This document shows, in pieces, positions 26,953 to 38,690 of a stretch of DNA of 64,000 bases. The stretch comes from Carcharhinus longimanus. Its lineage: Eukaryota. Location of the stretch: contig JASCQW010000061.1 in NCBI GenBank assembly GCA_030264375.1, forward strand, positions 70,169,400 to 70,233,399, read 5' to 3'. The notes beneath the pieces are model-generated. The model did no database searches. It was not told the origin of the DNA and saw only the letters and a list, made by a program, of their open reading frames with translations. Positions within the stretch are counted from its first letter, which is position 1; each line of letters begins with the position of its first letter. A program made the translations under genes and the position numbers.

Positions 26953-28629
26953 TACTAACAGTAGGGGCAAATGCTTGCATGAGGGCTGAGTGCTGAGGTT
27001 GCATTTTTATGATTTTTATTGAGTTTAGTGATTAATAAATTTGCACTTTCTTTGACTGAAGAAAATTTTGTTTGACTGGCTCCTTATTGCTCACGGCAAT
27101 TTGAAGAAGACATATCCTTGTGAAAATAAATTTAAATTTTTGTTGTAACCACCCAAGGAGGTTGAATCAAGAGATGTCAGATAACCCTGTCTCACCTGAT
27201 TATAACAACAGAATAACAACTTTTGTCTGAAATGGTAAGCACTTTTGGCCAAAGAAAATGGACGTAGCAGGGTGAAATCTATAGTCTCAGTCTATGAAAA
27301 TTGGATTGGATTATCATAAAAGGCAAAATCACAATTCTAACTGTAACTACACTTTAATTTAAGATTTATCAGAAAGTTGGGTGATGGTGGATTGAAGCAA
27401 AATTTTATTCACAATTTGCATGATATAAGTATATAACATACCACTACTTGTGACACATAAATTGACTTTTGAAGCCTTCAAAAATTGTTCTAAAAATCAG
27501 AAGTCAACTTATCTATGTAAAATGTGAACCACCAGTATAGGGGGTAGGGAAATGGGCATTTTGAAATGTGAAAAAAAACACCAGTAATTTATATTAAATG
27601 AATGTTGCATGGTTTATTAAATGAAATAATTCTACATAGATACCTTTAACCACAATCAAAACTTGTTAAAACCCATCAACCTCATTGCCTTTTTCAGCTG
27701 ACATAAAGAGCTCATCAAATTAATTCAGAGTCATTTTGGCAATGCATCATAGTAAGGATCGCAGTCTGGATCAGAGGTTTTATAAATATCCACCCACTCA
27801 TCATCCTCTCCATCCATTGAATTGGAGATTCTGCATTTTCTGCATGATCTGATGAACTTTGTTCACTAATCATATCCCATGATTTGATGATGAAACCACA
27901 AAAAAATCAAGGGGGGCAGCATGCATTCATTCACTCTTCGTGAAGATTTTTTTCTCCATCATCCACACGTTAAACAAAATAATCAACCACCTGGCATTAA
28001 TAAAATTTTGCACTGCATATGCCAAACATACAAGGGAAATATTAGAACTTTTATACTACATTTTAAATTCTGTAAGAGTAAAGATTGAAAGGCAGGAAGA
28101 ATACAAAAAGCACATTTCACAATAGTTGAATAATTTTCATTCCTAAAATTTTGGAAAATACTTATATTCTTAATACATAAGACAATATCAGCTATTAATA
28201 TTTGATAAAGGGTCACTTGACATTCTTAGCTGAAGACTTTAGTGTCATGTAATAAAAGGGATAGCAGCAACATGGATACAAATGACTGACAGGAATTAAA
28301 GTAACTCCGAACATATTTTTTCGACTGAAGGAAGGCAAATTGTGGATTCCCAAGGGGTCAGTGTTAGGACCCCTGTTTTTCTTGATCTATATTAATGGCC
28401 TAGACTTGAACACAATTTCAAAATTTGGGGAAACTTCAAGAAGACATAGGTAAAATGGACAGGAGGAAATGAAATTTAATGCAATGTGAAGTGATTCATT
28501 TTAGTCGGAAGAAAGACAATGTAAAATAAAGATGTAATTCTAAAGTGGGCACAGAAGCAGAGGGACCTGTGGCATTATGTTTACAAATCATTGAATGTGG
28601 TGAAGCAGGTTGAGAAAACATTTAATAAA

Positions 28630-28780
28630 CGTCCAATCACCATCCTCCCTCCCTCTGCCTGCAATCACAACTCTTCACTCACCTGAAGAAGGAGGAACAC
28701 TCCGAAAGCTCATGCTACCAAATAAACCTGTTAGACATTAGCCTGGTGTTGTGAGACTTCTTACTGTGCAATCCCAAATG
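28630..28780 (+). mobile_element. Penelope-like terminal repeat with minimal hammerhead ribozyme
   Basis: TCAC-CTGAAGA-A-GGAG-gaaca-CTCC-GAAA-GCTC (28679-28711), then aataaacctgtt..cctggtgttgtgagacttcttactgtg; second copy at 38247-38381. Confidence 0.7.
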
Positions 28781-28789
28781 CAGAGTAGC

Positions 28790-29177
28790 AGTTGGTGTCC
28801 CCCAGATGATCGCCCCAGTCGGACCCCCAATAGCCCCACTCCTTCTGGCCTCACACCCTTGACATTGCTGGATGAGCAGTGTCAAGATATCCCTTGGGCA
28901 GTACCAGGCCAGGCTGGTGGGGTGGGGGGGTGGAGAATTCTGTCTTATTTGCAATAGAGCTTTTCATTCTAGCTGCTAATGATATGGAAATGAAGATTTC
29001 CATATTTTAATCAGCTCCACACTGATTTCCGGCACGGAGCTGATGACGCTGGAAATCTCTGGCTGGAATATGCGCGGAGGCCTCGGTGCACAGCGGGAAG
29101 CCTGAGAAATGACCCCCACTGATGTCTCCTGGTCCAGAGTGCTGCTAGAGCTGTGTAGGGGCTGGGAGAATTGCCCC
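28790..29177. mobile_element. Right half of the MITE family seen at 2418-3485
   Basis: aatcagctcc..tgatttccggcac..gagct and terminal GGGAGAATTGCCCC. Confidence 0.65.
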
Positions 29178-30463
29178 TGTGGACAGACTGGGGGAGATGA
29201 GCTTGGAAAAGCTTCCTAATTAGGAAGAAATTTAATGGAGGTATTCAATGTCATGAAGAGCCTGGCAATGTAAATAGAGAAAATCTGAGCCCATCGGAAG
29301 AAGAATCAAGACCCAGAGCTCAACAATTTAAGGCGGTTGGCACAGGAATCAACAGCATCACAAGGAAAAATGCTTTTACTCAATGCATGTTTAGGGTCAG
29401 GAATGCAGTGCCTCAGAGTATGGTGAAGGCAGCTTCAATAATCCTTCAAAAGAGAATCATCTGACAAGAAACATTGGTGCATTATGAGCAAAAAGAGCAC
29501 TGGGTGAGTTGCTTGCATGTCATCATGTAGCAGGCGAAAGATGGTAACAAGTTTCTGCAGGCAGTCAAATTTGAGAAAGATACTCAACAGCTCCTCCTGG
29601 TTAATAGATTTGAAGGTCACTGTGAGGTGAAAGCAGGTCATGAATAGTGTTTGCTGCTGCTCTCTGCATTTTTCTTGGACTTGTCTTGCTGTGAAGATCA
29701 TGTCCACAATGTGGAGGGAATCTGAATTGTGACTCCAGTGAGCTCTTCAGCCATAGTGGGGGAGATCATTGAGAATGACTTCTGCAATGACCTTCTTTGT
29801 GGTGGACAGCAGAGAAATCCCTCTGTAGTTAATGCAGTCAGGCTTGGCTTCTGTTTTGAAGATACTCATAATTAGGGCTTCCTAGAGATCCCCTGACATA
29901 TTCTTCTCCTTCCAGAGATTTCTCCATTGTATTTTAGCAGGGATTCTGACTGTGCTGGTGGCTTGTTTGTTCCTAACTGTCAAAAAGCCTTTTCAACATC
30001 ATGGTAGACTGGAATTGAAACAATGACATGCATTATGACATGCCAGACACAATCCTTAGCAATGGAACTTCCACAAACTCAATACAAGTGTAAACTGGGG
30101 TCAACAAGGCTGTGTTGTCACACTAACACACTTTTCCATTATCCTCGCAGACACACTCCCACCTCCTCCCCATTTCCAGGAAGCTTCCAGTTGGAATGGA
30201 GCTACCCTACAGAATGAAGTGAAAATTACTTAACCTATGACACCTCCATTCCAAAGCCAAGATCGACTCAGTCTCTGTCTATGAGGTGCAGTTGCTGATT
30301 GTGCACGTACGCAAGGACTTTCAGATCCCATGCTCCAGACTAACAATAACACATTCATAGAGACATATGAAAGAATGGACTTTAGCCTAAACATCTGGAA
30401 GGTAGGCGTCATCTATCACCTCCTCCCTCTGCGCAACATATCTCCCAACCATCAATATTGGTA

Positions 30464-30798
30464 TGGTGGCACAGTAGTTAGCACTGCTGCCTCACAGCTC
30501 CAAAGACCTGGATTTGATTCCCGGTTTGGGTCACTGTCTGTGAGGAGTTTGCACATTCTCCCAGTGTCTGCATAGGTTTCCTCTGGGTGCTCCGGTTTCC
30601 TTCAACAGTCCAAAGATGTGGGTTAGGTGCATTGGCCATGCTAAATTTCCCCTTAGTGTCCTGAGATGTGTAGGTTAGAGGGATTAGTGGAGTAAATATG
30701 TGGGATTACAGGGATAGAGCCTGGGTACAATTGTGGTAAGTGAGGACTCGAATGGCCTCCTTCTGCACTGTAGGGATTCTATGATTCTATGCAGATTC
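30464..30798 (+). mobile_element. HE1-type SINE, tail type A
   Basis: Complete head and tail ggcctccttctgcactgtagggattctatgattctatg. Confidence 0.9.
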
Positions 30799-31349
30799 TA
30801 TGATCCGCAGCAAATCATTGGACGTTGATCATTTCTCAAACCTTGAGAGCTTCTTCTCAGCGGGGACAAACATTGACAATGAGACTCAACAGTTCCTCCA
30901 GAATGCCAGGGCAGTTTCAGCCATCTGAGGAAAAGAATATTTGGTGACAAAGACTTTAGACACAGCACCAAGCTCATGGTCTGTAGGATTGCAGCGTTCC
31001 CAATGTCAAAGATATAGACAACATACAGCAGGCACCTTAAATCCTGGAGAAATATAACCAATGATACCTCAGCAAAATCCTCTATATTAAGGGCATTTAA
31101 ATGGTCATTGGATAAACATATGGATGATATTGGAATAGTGTAGGTTAGATGGCCTTTAGATTGGTTTCATAGGTCAAAGAACAAAGAACAAAGAACAACC
31201 CAGCACGGGAAACAGGCCCTTCGGCCCAACAAGCCCGCGCCGCCACATCNNNNNNNNNNNNNNNNNNNNNNNNNNNNNNNNNNNNNNNNNNNNNNNNNNN
31301 NNNNNNNNNNNNNNNNNNNNNGAGAATAGAATCAACGTTTCCACTCTTC

Positions 31350-31636
31350 ACTTTATTTATTAGTGTCACAAGTAGCCTTACATTAACACTGCATTGAAGT
31401 TCCTGTGAAAATCCCCTTGTCGCCACACTCCAGCACTTGTTTGGATACACTGAGGGAGAATTTAGCATGGCCAATGCACCTAACCATCACGTCTTTCAGA
31501 CTGTGGGAAGAAACTGGAGCATCCAGAGGAAACCCATTCAGACACAGGGAGAAAGTGCAGACTCCACACAGACAGTGACCCAAGCTGGAATTGAACCTGG
31601 GTCCCTGACACTGAGGCAACAGTGTTAACCACTGTA
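31350..31636 (-). mobile_element. HE1-type SINE, tail type B
   Basis: tttatttattagtgtcacaagtag.. to ..aaccactgt. Confidence 0.85.
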
Positions 31637-31637
31637 T

Positions 31638-32055
31638 GAGTCTGAATTACCCTTTGTTGGAGCTGAAGACAATAGAAAATAGGATGATATTTATAGTGTT
31701 AGGATGAGGAGGCGGGTGTGGGGAGATTGACAAAGATGTCATAGACAAAAGGACTAAGAGAACGTAAATGGTAGTGATCATGGCTAAGAAATGTGCTGAA
31801 AGCAGCCCATTATGAGATCAGATTTTGTAAATTGCAGAGCAAAGGTAAACAGAGTGTCACAGTCCCTTTGTCTTTTTGTCCATGACATCTTTGTCAATCT
31901 CACTCCCCTGCCTCACCCTAGCAGTATAGACATCATCCTAATTTCTATTTTCTTTAACTCTGACAAAGTGTCATCCAGACTCAAATTGATGGTTCTTTTC
32001 TCTCTCCACAGATACTGTCAGACCTGCTGAGAGTTTACAACATTTTCTGTTTTCC
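31638..32055. mobile_element. Penelope-like repeat with inverted terminal segment
   Basis: About 31638-31760 is the reverse complement of about 31862-31982; 3' end ctctccacagatactgtcagacctgctgag (also at 51930-51980). Confidence 0.65.
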
Positions 32056-33324
32056 TCCAAATTCAATGACAGGATAGGCACTTCAATATCAGCATCCCTC
32101 TCTCAGGACAACATCCTCTGCATTGAAGCATTGGTTACAGTTAATCAGTTACACTGGGCAGATCATTCACCTGCATTCCTGTCACAAGACTCCCAAAACA
32201 AGTTCACTTTGTCACAGGAAGCAGTTACCATGGGGCAAAGGAAATGTTTCAGGGACATCCTCAAAGCTTCGCTGAAAAAATGCAACAACCCCGTCGGTAT
32301 GTTGTAATCTCTTGCTCAAGATTGTCCAAACTGGAGAAGAAGTACCTGCAAAATGCCAACGATTCCAAATGTCTCCTACAGGCCCAGGTGGAAATCAAAT
32401 GCAAACAATGGAAGGAGAGGACCAATATCTGAGCACTCCACCCAACAGCCTCAACAAATGCTACCTGCCCCACCTGTGGCAGAGTGTATGGATCCAGCAT
32501 TGGCCTTCCTAGTCATCTTAGGAACCACAGCCCTCAAACCCTCAGTCCTAAGGGACTGCCTAAGAAGATGAGGTGAGTTGCTCTTGAATAGAGCCAGCAC
32601 GAAGAAGTTGGGCTGCAAAGCATTCTCCAGTGCTAAAACTATGCTGTTTCTAGATTAAATCCTAGAGGCATATTTTGGGAAAGTCAGAGCACCTCCTGAC
32701 TACCAAGTCTCATTGCCTGATTCATTGTGATTTGTGTCAGTTGGAAGTGCCGGCTTTTGGACGAGTTGTTAAATTGAGGCCCAGTCCACTCCCCAGGTGA
32801 ATGTAAAAGATTGCACAGCCTATTTTGAAGATGAGCAGGAAAGTTAATTAATCCTCTCCAGATTTGGTGAAGGTTTGGAGCTGGCAGGAGGCCTCAATGG
32901 GGATGTGAAGATTTATTAGAAAAATGTTTACTACAGCCTCTTTCAGCTTTAGGAGGAGACTTCAAGTTGCATTGACAAACTCCTTTGGAGCTACTGCCAT
33001 GCTTTTGACGAAGTAATACCAGCAAAAGAGAAGCATTTCCGAAAAGTGTCTTGGCCTGAGCATTTATCATGTAGAATCTCACAGTAGAATACCAAACTTA
33101 TTCTTCTGTTGAATGGAGATTCAGCACGGAGGTTTTCTCACTCTTGTTGAAAGCTGGACTGTTTGCTGGTGTCCATTTTGTTATTAGCTGCTCAGTTGGT
33201 TTTGTTGTAAATGTTGATATGTCTCTGTGTGAGTTCCCCAGCTGTTGCTGTAGTTGATGGTTCTGCCTGCCAGATTTAGATCTTTATCTGTAAATCTCCA
33301 GTTCACGGGTTATTATTGGCTAAA

Positions 33325-33379
33325 TCACATATCCAAGAGGTTCACAGCTGTCTTGTGAAGGTTGCCAGTGGCTTGATAG
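33325..33379 (-). CDS. Candidate terminal coding exon (YQATGNLHKTAVNLLDM*), unidentified
   Basis: Strong acceptor tttttgttttatAG; phase-2 frame open to TGA; no upstream partner exon found. Confidence 0.25.
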
Positions 33380-34749
33380 CTATAAAACAAAAATGATCAA
33401 AAAGCATTTCTAGTCCATTCTCAGCTGTGAGAACGAGATGGCTTTATGATTGAGTAATGGAATAATGATACCCTGGATTTGATGCATTTTAGTGAGAAAT
33501 TTGGAAGTTGTGTGTTAAAAACCCATAATTCCATAACAATTGAAGGATGTTTCTGAAAAGCTTGAAATATTTTTTGCTGGCATGTCGCAATCAGAGTAAG
33601 GGCTCAATGAAGTGGTTATGTATCTCCCAAAACATAGAATTTACTTACATTTGTCACATTCCTAGCATCTTAGTCAGACATAGCAAAACTGAATAATAAT
33701 TTGTGATCCTGCTGAGGATTTTATTTCTGGCTGCTGTAAAATTGCCTTAAAAGCTTATCACTGCCTTTATCAATCAAAATGTCAACTGGTACAGTAATTT
33801 TCTATATGTTCATGTGGTTTGCAATCGCACAGAATCAATAGAATAGGACTCTACCAAAATAATTAGATTAACATTGCATTTAATTCTGTCAGTGACAGTC
33901 ATATGTAAATTGTAAAATCGCATTCATATCAGCCAGCTATAACAAAACAAGTGTATGATTGCAAGAAGCAGAACATCTGCCCTGAACTGAAATAATAAAC
34001 TTCCCTTTGAGATTCTGACAGTAACATTTGAAAAAATCCTCACAAATTGAAATGTACTTCTCAGAGAACTATAGAGATTCAAAATGCCACATACCACATC
34101 CATTGCTTAGCATATTTATTACACTAATCTTATTCTCAGGCCTACTCTTTTCATGCAATTTTCATTCATATGGCATTATACTGCGGCATATGAAAATTCA
34201 GGAAGAAAATGTAAAGACCTCTAGCTGTCAGAAGATAGCTAAATAATAATCCGATTAAAGAAATGTAAAAGTACAGAATTAATATTCTTATCTTCTGCAA
34301 AATGGCTTCATTGCCAAGCTCAACTAACAAATTTGCATGAAATGTTCAAATGTATAACATCTGATTTTAATAGCAGTAATGAAAAAATACTGTCTAAACG
34401 AGCAAAGGCTAATGAGCTATTTATTCTCTTAATAATTCAATGGCGAAGAGTGCAATTTCTGGAGAAAATAGATTAGAGACCAGATTTTCCTGGTGTGGGA
34501 ATGATTCCAGAGACTTATAAAAATGATTGGCCGGATCTGGATGCAGAAATTCTGTCCCATTTCTGGCCAACATGTCTCCCAGAATTCTTCTCAGCAATGT
34601 CTCTATGCTGTCCTCTGATTTGATACTCGTCCTCACATTAATCACAGAGGGTGTCCTGCTAAGATCTGCTGTCCAGTCATGGTGACAGCACTGACGTCTC
34701 CCAGAATTCCTCTCCCTGCCGCCCTCTGATTCAAGGGCAAGATTGGAAA

Positions 34750-35885
34750 GATCTTGGCAAGATTGGAGCCATTGTCTTCAGGCCCTGCTCCAAATTCCAT
34801 TTCCTAACTATCAAATCCATCCCTCTCCCTGGCAACTATCAGAGACTAAACCAATCTTGTTCCCAACCTTGATGTTTTAATCGATCCCCAGATGAGTTTC
34901 CAACCACATACCTATGCCATTGCTATTTCCACCATCATAACATTGCCTGACTTTGCCCCAGCCTCAGCTCATCTGCTGTTGAAACCCTCATTCATGCCGT
35001 CAATACCTCTAGACTTGATAATTCCAATTAACTCCTGGTTGGTACTCCTAGATTCCATCCTCTGGAAATTGAGGTCAACCAAAATTCTGCTGCCTCTGTC
35101 CAAACTCACATCAAATCCCATTCCACTAACACTCCTTTTTTCCACTCTCCAATGATTCCCACTCAGGCAATGTCATGACTTTAAAATGCTCATCATTGTT
35201 TTCAAATCTCTCCATACCCTCCCCACTCCCTATCACTCTAATCTAGTCCAGCCCCACAACTCTCTAATTTTGATCCTTTGAATATTCATGACTTTAATTG
35301 TTTTACCAGTCATGCCATGCCTTCAGCTGCCTAAATTCTAAACTCTGGGATTCCCTCTCTTACCCTGTCCACCTCTATACCTCGCTTTTCTCTTTTAAGA
35401 TCTGCTCTAAAATCTGCTTCTTTCAACAAGCTGTTAGCCATCTGACCTCATTGAATCCTTACAATGAAAAAAGAGGCCATTTGGCCCATTGGATTTGCAC
35501 AGACTCTTCGACAGAGCATCTTACCCAGGCTCTATTCCCATAACCCCACTTAGTCACCCCACTTAGAGTGGATCTCCCAACCCACACATCCTGCAACACT
35601 TAGGGGCAATTTAGCATGGCCAATCCACCTAACCTGCACTCTTTGGACTGGGGAAGGAAACCGGAGCACCCGGAGGAAACCCACACAGACATGGGAGATC
35701 TTGCAAACTCCACACAGTCATACAAGTCTGGAACTGGACCCAGGTCCCAGGAGCTGTGAGACAGCAGCGCTAATCATTGTGCCATCCTAATACTGCTTCA
35801 GTGTGGTTATGTGGTTCAGTGACTTTATTTTGCTTTGCAATATTCCTGTAAAGTTCTTCATGATATTTTGTTACATTAAAGGCAC
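34750..35885 (+). mobile_element. L2-like LINE 3' region with nested HE1 SINE (35450-35785, minus, tail A)
   Basis: DPQMSFQPH.., ctctgggattccctc.., terminal acattaaaggcac; SINE A/B boxes at about 35740-35785. Confidence 0.7.
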
Positions 35886-36093
35886 TTGGTAGTAGTGAAC
35901 TTGAACATTGCTGAAAGGAGAGCCAAAAGCTTTTGTGCTGCAGTCAGCAGGAAAATTCATCATCAGGTTCATCAGTCAGGATGGAATGTTACTTCATGAT
36001 TCAATTTTCCAGTGTAACTTGGCCGGGAATTGGAAGGTTGGACAGGGAGCTATGCTTCTGGTTTTACACATAATTCTGCTCAGCAATGGGTTA

Positions 36094-36447
36094 TAGAACC
36101 ATAAAATCATAGAACCCTACAGTACAGTAACAGGCCCTTCAGCCCATCGAGTCTGCACCGACCACAATCCCAGCCAGGCCCTACCCCCATATCCCTACAC
36201 ATTTACCCACTAATCCCTCTAACCTACACATCCCCTGGACACTAAGGGGCAATTTTAGCATGGCCAATCAACCTAACCTGCACATCTTTGGACTATGGGA
36301 GGAAACCGGAGCACTCGAAGGAAACCCACACAGACACAAGGAGATTGTGCAAACTCTGCACAGGCAGTGACCCAAGCCAAGAAATCAAACACAGGTCCCT
36401 AGAGCTGTGAAGCAGCAGTGGTAACCACTGTGCTACCATGCCACCCC
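36094..36447 (-). mobile_element. HE1-type SINE, tail type A
   Basis: atagaaccataaaatcatagaaccctacagtacag tail; head at 36447. Confidence 0.9.
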
Positions 36448-36449
36448 AC

Positions 36450-36960
36450 GAGGTGTGTGATGGAATGTTTTCTAGTTGCCTGCATGAATGTGTCTCCAAC
36501 AATATTCAAAGTGCTTGACACCATCCAGGACAAAGCAGCCTACTTGATTGGCACCCATTCATAATTATTCACTTCTCCACAACCAACATACAGTAGCAGC
36601 AGTGTGCACCATCTACAAATGCACTGCAAGAACTCACCAAGACTCCTTAGGCAGCCCCTTCAAAAACGATGACCATTACCATCTAGAAGAACAAAGGCAG
36701 CAATTAGATGGTATCACCACATCAGGAAAGTTCCCCTCCAAGCCACTTAACATCCTGGCTTGGAAATATATCGCTGTTCCTTCATTATCACCGAGCCAAA
36801 ATCCTGGCACTCCTTCCCTAACACCACTGTGGGTATACCTACATTACAGAATCTGCAGAGATTCAAGAAGGCAGCTCACCACCACCTTCTCTAGGGAAAT
36901 TAGGGATGAGCAATAAGTGTTGGCCTAGCCATCGATGCCCACATTCCATAAATTAATAAA
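36450..36960 (+). mobile_element. LINE 3' end (CR1/L2 superfamily)
   Basis: LDTIQDKAAYLIG..HSLLH..VAAVCTIYK motif; A-rich end. Confidence 0.7.
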
Positions 36961-38246
36961 AACTAGTTCACAAGCTCAAATTTTCTGGATTTCTTTAAAT
37001 TTGCTAAATCAATTAATCATCCTATTTTGTAGATTATCCAGTGTGCCCTATGTCATAGCAAAAATGTATGGACATCAAGCAGCACATTTAATTTTTTTAT
37101 AATCTAATTATTTCAAAGATGATTTACCTTTCTCTGACATGGAATGTCATTGGTAACCTACGTGGGAGGGTTACTCCTTTTTGAATCAGATTTTGAATTC
37201 TGCAGTTGAGATTTAAAATCAGGGAATTTGCAGAGGGATTGGAGAAGGAGCAAAAAGTGGGATTAATTTGCTGCTATTTCAAGAGTTGGCACAGATAGGG
37301 TGGGCTTAATGTCCCCCTATTGTGCTGCAAGATTGTATGAGGAGGTCACCCTTTCCAGCAGCATTTATACAGATTCTCGGCTGCTGGTTGAAAAATGGTT
37401 TAGGAGCCATTGTGATAGCAACCCCTTCAGGCTGTTGAGCTTTAATTGTTTCCAGATTGATGAACTTGCTGCTGTGGGTCTGTTACACAAGGTGCCTGCT
37501 GCCCTCAGCTGCTCCCTGTTTTCATCCCCGATGATTATGCCCCTTTCCTTTCAGGAGGCCCAGATTTCCAGATTGGAGAGACTTGTGTTCTGCATTGGCA
37601 GCCCGCCATGTCCACTTGACGTGACCCTACACTGACTCTAACAATTTCCAGCAAATCATCTGATGGAATCACTCACCCACAGCAGGAATCGAGATGGGCA
37701 CCATGCCAGGGTAACAGGCTAAAGGAAGTAGAATAAGTTTCTCTGATGAGGGCCTCCAAGGCCCCAACCAGGTGATAAAAGGCAGGAGCTCCATACCTCT
37801 GCGTCTCCCTTTCACCAAGTTGTACACCAGAATCAGTTGGATTTTGTTGGACAAGGATCCCTTCCTGTTCAAATACATCAGCAATGGCTTGGTTGGCACT
37901 TCCTGTACCAGCCTGTACCCAGTGAAATCACACTGTACTTCCAACACCTCTGGCTTTGTGCCTCTGCTCCATGGGGGTAAGACCAAAGTGGCTGCATTTT
38001 GGCTGCTCTGTGGAAGAGGGCATCTGTCATCTGAGCTGCACACATCCTGACAGCTCCCTGGTTGATGTGGCACAGATCCCAGTAGCAGCCTGCAAAGTTC
38101 TGCAACCATAAAAAGTTCAGGACCTAGCTTCTTTTTCAATGTTATGCATGGAAGAGTTGTAGCAATGGAGCAAGTCTGAAAATCTTTGCAATCTCGAAGC
38201 TAGCTGAGATATCCCTTGACATTCTTGGGAGTGGAGCAGCCATTAG

Positions 38247-38381
38247 GTTCACATTCACCTGACAAAGAGAGAAACCCCGAAAGCTTGTGAGTTTACTATC
38301 AAATAAATTGGTTGGACTTAACCTGGTGTTGTCAGATTTCTTACTGTGTTTACCCCAGTCCAACACCGGCATCTCCACATC
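38247..38381 (+). mobile_element. Penelope-like terminal repeat with degenerate hammerhead core
   Basis: TCAC-CTGACAA..CGAAA-GCTT-GTGA (38255-38290); ends ccccagtccaacaccggcatctccacat. Confidence 0.7.
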
Positions 38382-38391
38382 GTTACATATC

Positions 38392-38690
38392 ATACCATAC
38401 ATACAGTGCAGAACGAGGCCATTCAGCCCATCAAATCTGCACTGACAGCAATCCCACCCAGCCTCTATCCCCATAACCACAAGTATTTACCCTACTAATC
38501 TTTCCAACACTAAGGGGCAATTTAGCATGGCCAATGTACCTAATCTGCACATCTTTGGACTGTGGGAGGAAACCCAACGCAGACATAGAGAGAACGTGCA
38601 AGCTCCACACAGACAGTTACTGGAGGCTGGAATTGAACCTGGGTCCTTGGAGCGGTGAGGCAGCAGTGCTAACCATTGTGCCACCGTGTC
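38392..38690 (-). mobile_element. HE1-type SINE, tail type A
   Basis: A/B boxes at about 38625-38687; acagtgcagaacgaggccattcagccc tail. Confidence 0.85.

Larger units (their letters stand above)
28150..29510 (+). mobile_element. Old CR1 fragment hosting a Penelope-like insert and a MITE
   Basis: GFPRGQC/QGSVLGPLFFLIYIN-like RT region at about 28350; CR1 3' region resumes at about 29180. Confidence 0.65.
29505..32570. mobile_element. RTE LINE with inverted 5' part (about 29505-30270 minus; 30280-32570 plus), multiply nested
   Basis: Minus ORF DMIFTARQVQEKCREQQQ..LLHDDMQAT; plus ETYERMDFSLNIWK; 3' C2H2 region at about 32460-32530. Confidence 0.8.

Noticed and set aside
30464-30540. tRNA-like A and B boxes
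   Set aside because: These are SINE heads joined to a V-domain and LINE tail, not tRNA genes.
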